From Candidatus Beckwithbacteria bacterium (GTDB lineage: Bacteria; Patescibacteriota; Microgenomatia; UBA1400; CG1-02-47-37), in the NCBI GenBank assembly GCA_043803225.1, contig JAZDKF010000026.1, positions 2,250 through 66,249 on the forward strand: a DNA stretch of 64,000 nt, in the 5' to 3' direction. Each line of letters opens with the position of its first letter. The stretch's first letter is position 1. The notes beneath the pieces are model-generated. The model had not been told where the DNA came from, ran no database searches, and saw only the letters and a program-made list of their open reading frames with translations. Of the stretch, positions 61,342 through 64,000 are shown in pieces. A program made the translations under genes and the position numbers.

Positions 61342-62066
61342 AAAAAATTATTATTCTGATATTGTTAATCCTCGCTTTTCCGGCTTTTATCAATGCCCAG
61401 GAAGCCACTGATTCATCGTTAACCGATAAAATTAAGGAACGTCTCGAAAAAACTGCCGAAGAAGGTTTAGATACTATTAAAGAAGAATTAACCGCTAAAG
61501 CCAAATCTCCTAAAAGGAAAGCCTATATTGGCTCAATTACCGCGATTAATGCCAATCAAATTACTTTGAGCTATAAAAATCAAACTTTCATTGTGGTTGT
61601 TCCGGACGAAACCGAGATTGTTCAATCTTTCGGTCAAAAAGTCTTAACCCTTACCGATTTAGAAATTAACGACTACCTAATTGCCTTAGGTTTTGTTCAG
61701 CCTGATCAAAACCAGCTTGAAACCAGAAAGATTACCGTGATCAGCACTCCTCAAGACGCTTTGAATCACCAATTGCTTTCCGGACAAATTGAAGAAGTTG
61801 ATGGCAATAAAATTGTTATCACCGGTAAAACCTTAAACTTAACTGGAAAAACAAATCTTGAAATTGTCGGGATTGCCAATCCCAGCGTAGAAAAACTGGA
61901 ATTAAAAGATTATCTTTTTGCCATCGTCCTTATCGATAAAAACGGTGATATCGATGCAGTTAAAAATGTTCTGGTTATCCCCGGTAAAAACAATCCGGCC
62001 GCCATGACTCCCACCAACGCTACACAGTCAGCCCTCCCTGCTACTGATTCTGCTACAATAGAGTAA
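61338..62066 (+). CDS. Secreted protein with two OB-like repeats (DUF5666-like)
   Basis: Signal peptide; repeated G.I..I....I pattern; low-complexity ATxSA tail. Confidence 0.55.
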   Translation: MKKIIILILLILAFPAFINAQEATDSSLTDKIKERLEKTAEEGLDTIKEELTAKAKSPKRKAYIGSITAINANQITLSYKNQTFIVVVPDETEIVQSFGQKVLTLTDLEINDYLIALGFVQPDQNQLETRKITVISTPQDALNHQLLSGQIEEVDGNKIVITGKTLNLTGKTNLEIVGIANPSVEKLELKDYLFAIVLIDKNGDIDAVKNVLVIPGKNNPAAMTPTNATQSALPATDSATIE

Positions 62067-62327
62067 ATGGATGATTTGTATCGGGCTATTTTAACTCTTA
62101 AAACTCCCCTGGAAGTCGCTGCTTTCTGGCGTGATTTATTAACTTTAAAAGAAATTAAGATTTTCGCTAAACGTTTTGAGATGGCTAAACTTCTCTATCA
62201 AGGTCTACCCTATGCTCAAATTGCCAAAAAGCTTAAAGTTTCCACTACTACCGTTACCCGTACCGCCCATTGGCTTCATCACGGCAAAGGCGGCTATCGG
62301 TTGGTTCTTTCCCGCTTGACAAAGTAA
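62067..62327 (+). CDS. TrpR-like repressor (YerC/YecD family)
   Basis: DLLTLKE....KRF..AKLL..G.PY..IA....VSTTTVTR. Confidence 0.9.
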   Translation: MDDLYRAILTLKTPLEVAAFWRDLLTLKEIKIFAKRFEMAKLLYQGLPYAQIAKKLKVSTTTVTRTAHWLHHGKGGYRLVLSRLTK

Positions 62328-62363
62328 TTTTTTATGTTATATTACCGTATTAACACGTTAATA
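62316..62363 (+). promoter_or_regulatory. Sigma70 promoter with palindromic operator
   Basis: TTGACA (62316), TG-extended TATATT (62338); TATTAAC-AC-GTTAATA at 62348-62363. Confidence 0.65.
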
Positions 62364-62364
62364 T

Positions 62365-62433
62365 ATGAACAAATTAAACTCTTTATTATCTAATCATCAA
62401 GCTCTCGCATCGCGGGGGCAAACTTTGCCGTAG
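62365..62433 (+). CDS. Putative 22-aa leader peptide
   Basis: MNKLNSLLSNHQALASRGQTLP; overlaps the antiterminator G-run. Confidence 0.4.
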   Translation: MNKLNSLLSNHQALASRGQTLP

Positions 62434-62459
62434 TAATTTAATAAATTATTTATTTTACT

Positions 62460-62485
62460 CCCCCGCATAAAGCGGGGGTTTTTAT
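62460..62485 (+). terminator. Attenuator terminator
   Basis: CCCCCGC-ATAAA-GCGGGGG-TTTTT directly before ATG 62488; competing GCGGGGG at 62412. Confidence 0.8.
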
Positions 62486-62487
62486 TT

Positions 62488-63639
62488 ATGCAAACAGAAA
62501 TATATAATTCACTATTTGATCCTTCGAAAAGAATTCGCGCGGAATCACAAAAATGGAATATCGGTTCAGATGCTAAACCAATTGAAAAATCTTTTTCAAT
62601 TTCTGATCCAAGAATTTCCAGGGCCAGTCAATTTCCCAAAAACTACAGTTCAGTAATTGGTGGACTTTGCTCAATTTTTACTGGAGACTTAGAAAAAAAA
62701 TTAGATAAGTCGGCAGTTAGTTTAATTCGTATGGATCAAATTGTTGAAGCCGTTGGGACAGCTAACGATAAACCTGCCTTTATAATTATTGAAGATTCAT
62801 TTTTTGAAAAACTAACTGGAATTGATCAATTAGAATTTAAACAACAAGGTATAGAAGCTTCAAAACGAATTGAAAAATGGTTAAAAATAATTAACCCCTC
62901 TTTAACTAATTTATATTTTTCTTTTACTTCTGATGTTTCATTAGACAAGGGTTTAAAAGACTTAGTTAATTATTTTTCAACAGATGTTTTAAAGAATCCC
63001 AATTTCTCAAAAATAGGCGCCGCTCCAGTTTTAATGATGTACACGGGGTTTTGGCCTCAATTATTAAATCAATTAGGTTACATCTCCTCTTCTGATATTG
63101 TCTGTATAGAACCCATTGATCACTTTGTAGATGATCGCCTATTACCAGATAATTTATCCTCCGCATATTCTAATTTTTTAAACTGGCTTGAGAAAAACCC
63201 TTACGGAGTCGAAAAATCAGCTAATGCCAACTTTGGGATTGCTGGTTTTCAAGAATCAATCACTATAGACGGGACTCAAAAAAGATCAAGATTATCTCCT
63301 TACCCTGATGTTCCAAATACCCAAAACTGGAAAAATTGGATTGAGAATAATTTAATAGATAATTTAGGATCATTTCCATTTCCTCTAAAAAACAGTCCAA
63401 TATTTATATCTGGCGTTAACTATGGCATGAACAATACAGAAATATATCAATCACTGCAAAATCTTGTAAATTTAGAAAGTTCATATTATCAAATTAAAAA
63501 AGATACTCCCAAGGAACAGAAAAGTTCAACCTGGGCTGATAAAATTAAACAAAAATTCATCACCGAAGCTGAAAACGACATCTTAACGATTTGTGACAAT
63601 ACCGGAAATATCCTTGAACAAATTTTAGGAGAGATATGA
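62488..63639 (+). CDS. Hypothetical protein, 383 aa, AT-rich
   Basis: Long ORF; no motif recognised with confidence. Confidence 0.75.
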   Translation: MQTEIYNSLFDPSKRIRAESQKWNIGSDAKPIEKSFSISDPRISRASQFPKNYSSVIGGLCSIFTGDLEKKLDKSAVSLIRMDQIVEAVGTANDKPAFIIIEDSFFEKLTGIDQLEFKQQGIEASKRIEKWLKIINPSLTNLYFSFTSDVSLDKGLKDLVNYFSTDVLKNPNFSKIGAAPVLMMYTGFWPQLLNQLGYISSSDIVCIEPIDHFVDDRLLPDNLSSAYSNFLNWLEKNPYGVEKSANANFGIAGFQESITIDGTQKRSRLSPYPDVPNTQNWKNWIENNLIDNLGSFPFPLKNSPIFISGVNYGMNNTEIYQSLQNLVNLESSYYQIKKDTPKEQKSSTWADKIKQKFITEAENDILTICDNTGNILEQILGEI

Positions 63640-64000
63640 AGTTATTAACCAAAAAAATACTAAATGACTTATTAATTGGATCAACTTTTTATGGTACAGG
63701 AGGAGGAGGAGATCCCTTGTTAGCTAAAAAAATCTATCAGTCTTTACCAAAAGATCAACCAATTAAACTCAAGTCAATTAAAAAATTTAAAGCTGAAGAC
63801 CTATTTATTACAACTTATACCATTGGAGGTTTATCTCAAATACCAATAAAACGAACTATTATTAATAAAGCTCAATTAATCTATCAACAATATTTATGTA
63901 AAAATATTTCTGGAATAATTCCCGTTGAAATCGGTCCTCTATCATTAGCTCTAGCAATTAATTTAGCTTCTAAGCTTAACCTGCCATTAGTTGACGCTGA
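63636..64000 (+). CDS. DUF917-family protein, N-terminal part, runs off window
   Basis: Manual translation: ..LLIGSTFYGTGGGGDP..IIPVEIGP..LNLPLVDA; ATGA overlap with the upstream gene. Confidence 0.8.
   Translation, partial: MKLLTKKILNDLLIGSTFYGTGGGGDPLLAKKIYQSLPKDQPIKLKSIKKFKAEDLFITTYTIGGLSQIPIKRTIINKAQLIYQQYLCKNISGIIPVEIGPLSLALAINLASKLNLPLVDA

Overview
Low-GC bacterial chromosomal segment whose gene repertoire and streamlined proteins point to a Patescibacteria (CPR, probably Microgenomates-like) genome; this is inference, not a database match. It holds mostly housekeeping genes: sugar-phosphate metabolism, nine tRNAs, an ECF transporter, murT/gatD, a MacAB-like exporter, thrS-infC-rpmI-rplT-pheST, PBP1A, tyrS, recG-rpmF-nusB-rnc-rpsP, a complete type IV pilus cluster interrupted by a REP-associated (RAYT) transposase, gyrB-hppA-gyrA, a Xer recombinase, efp and dnaB. 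The most interesting signals are non-coding. (1) A ~1 kb intergenic locus beside xer carries perfect DnaA boxes and a symmetric 11-6-11 dif-like site, with no visible GC-skew reversal across it. (2) A family of tandem-GA hairpin inserts is anchored exactly on tRNA termini, next to a GIY-YIG gene. (3) A Tyr T-box with an ultrashort stem I is followed by an unassigned four-way-junction RNA and two foreign-looking genes ahead of tyrS. (4) A ~47-nt sRNA candidate is bounded by its own promoter and terminator. (5) A TrpR-like repressor, operator and leader-peptide attenuator sit ahead of an unknown operon. All counts and structures were made by eye.
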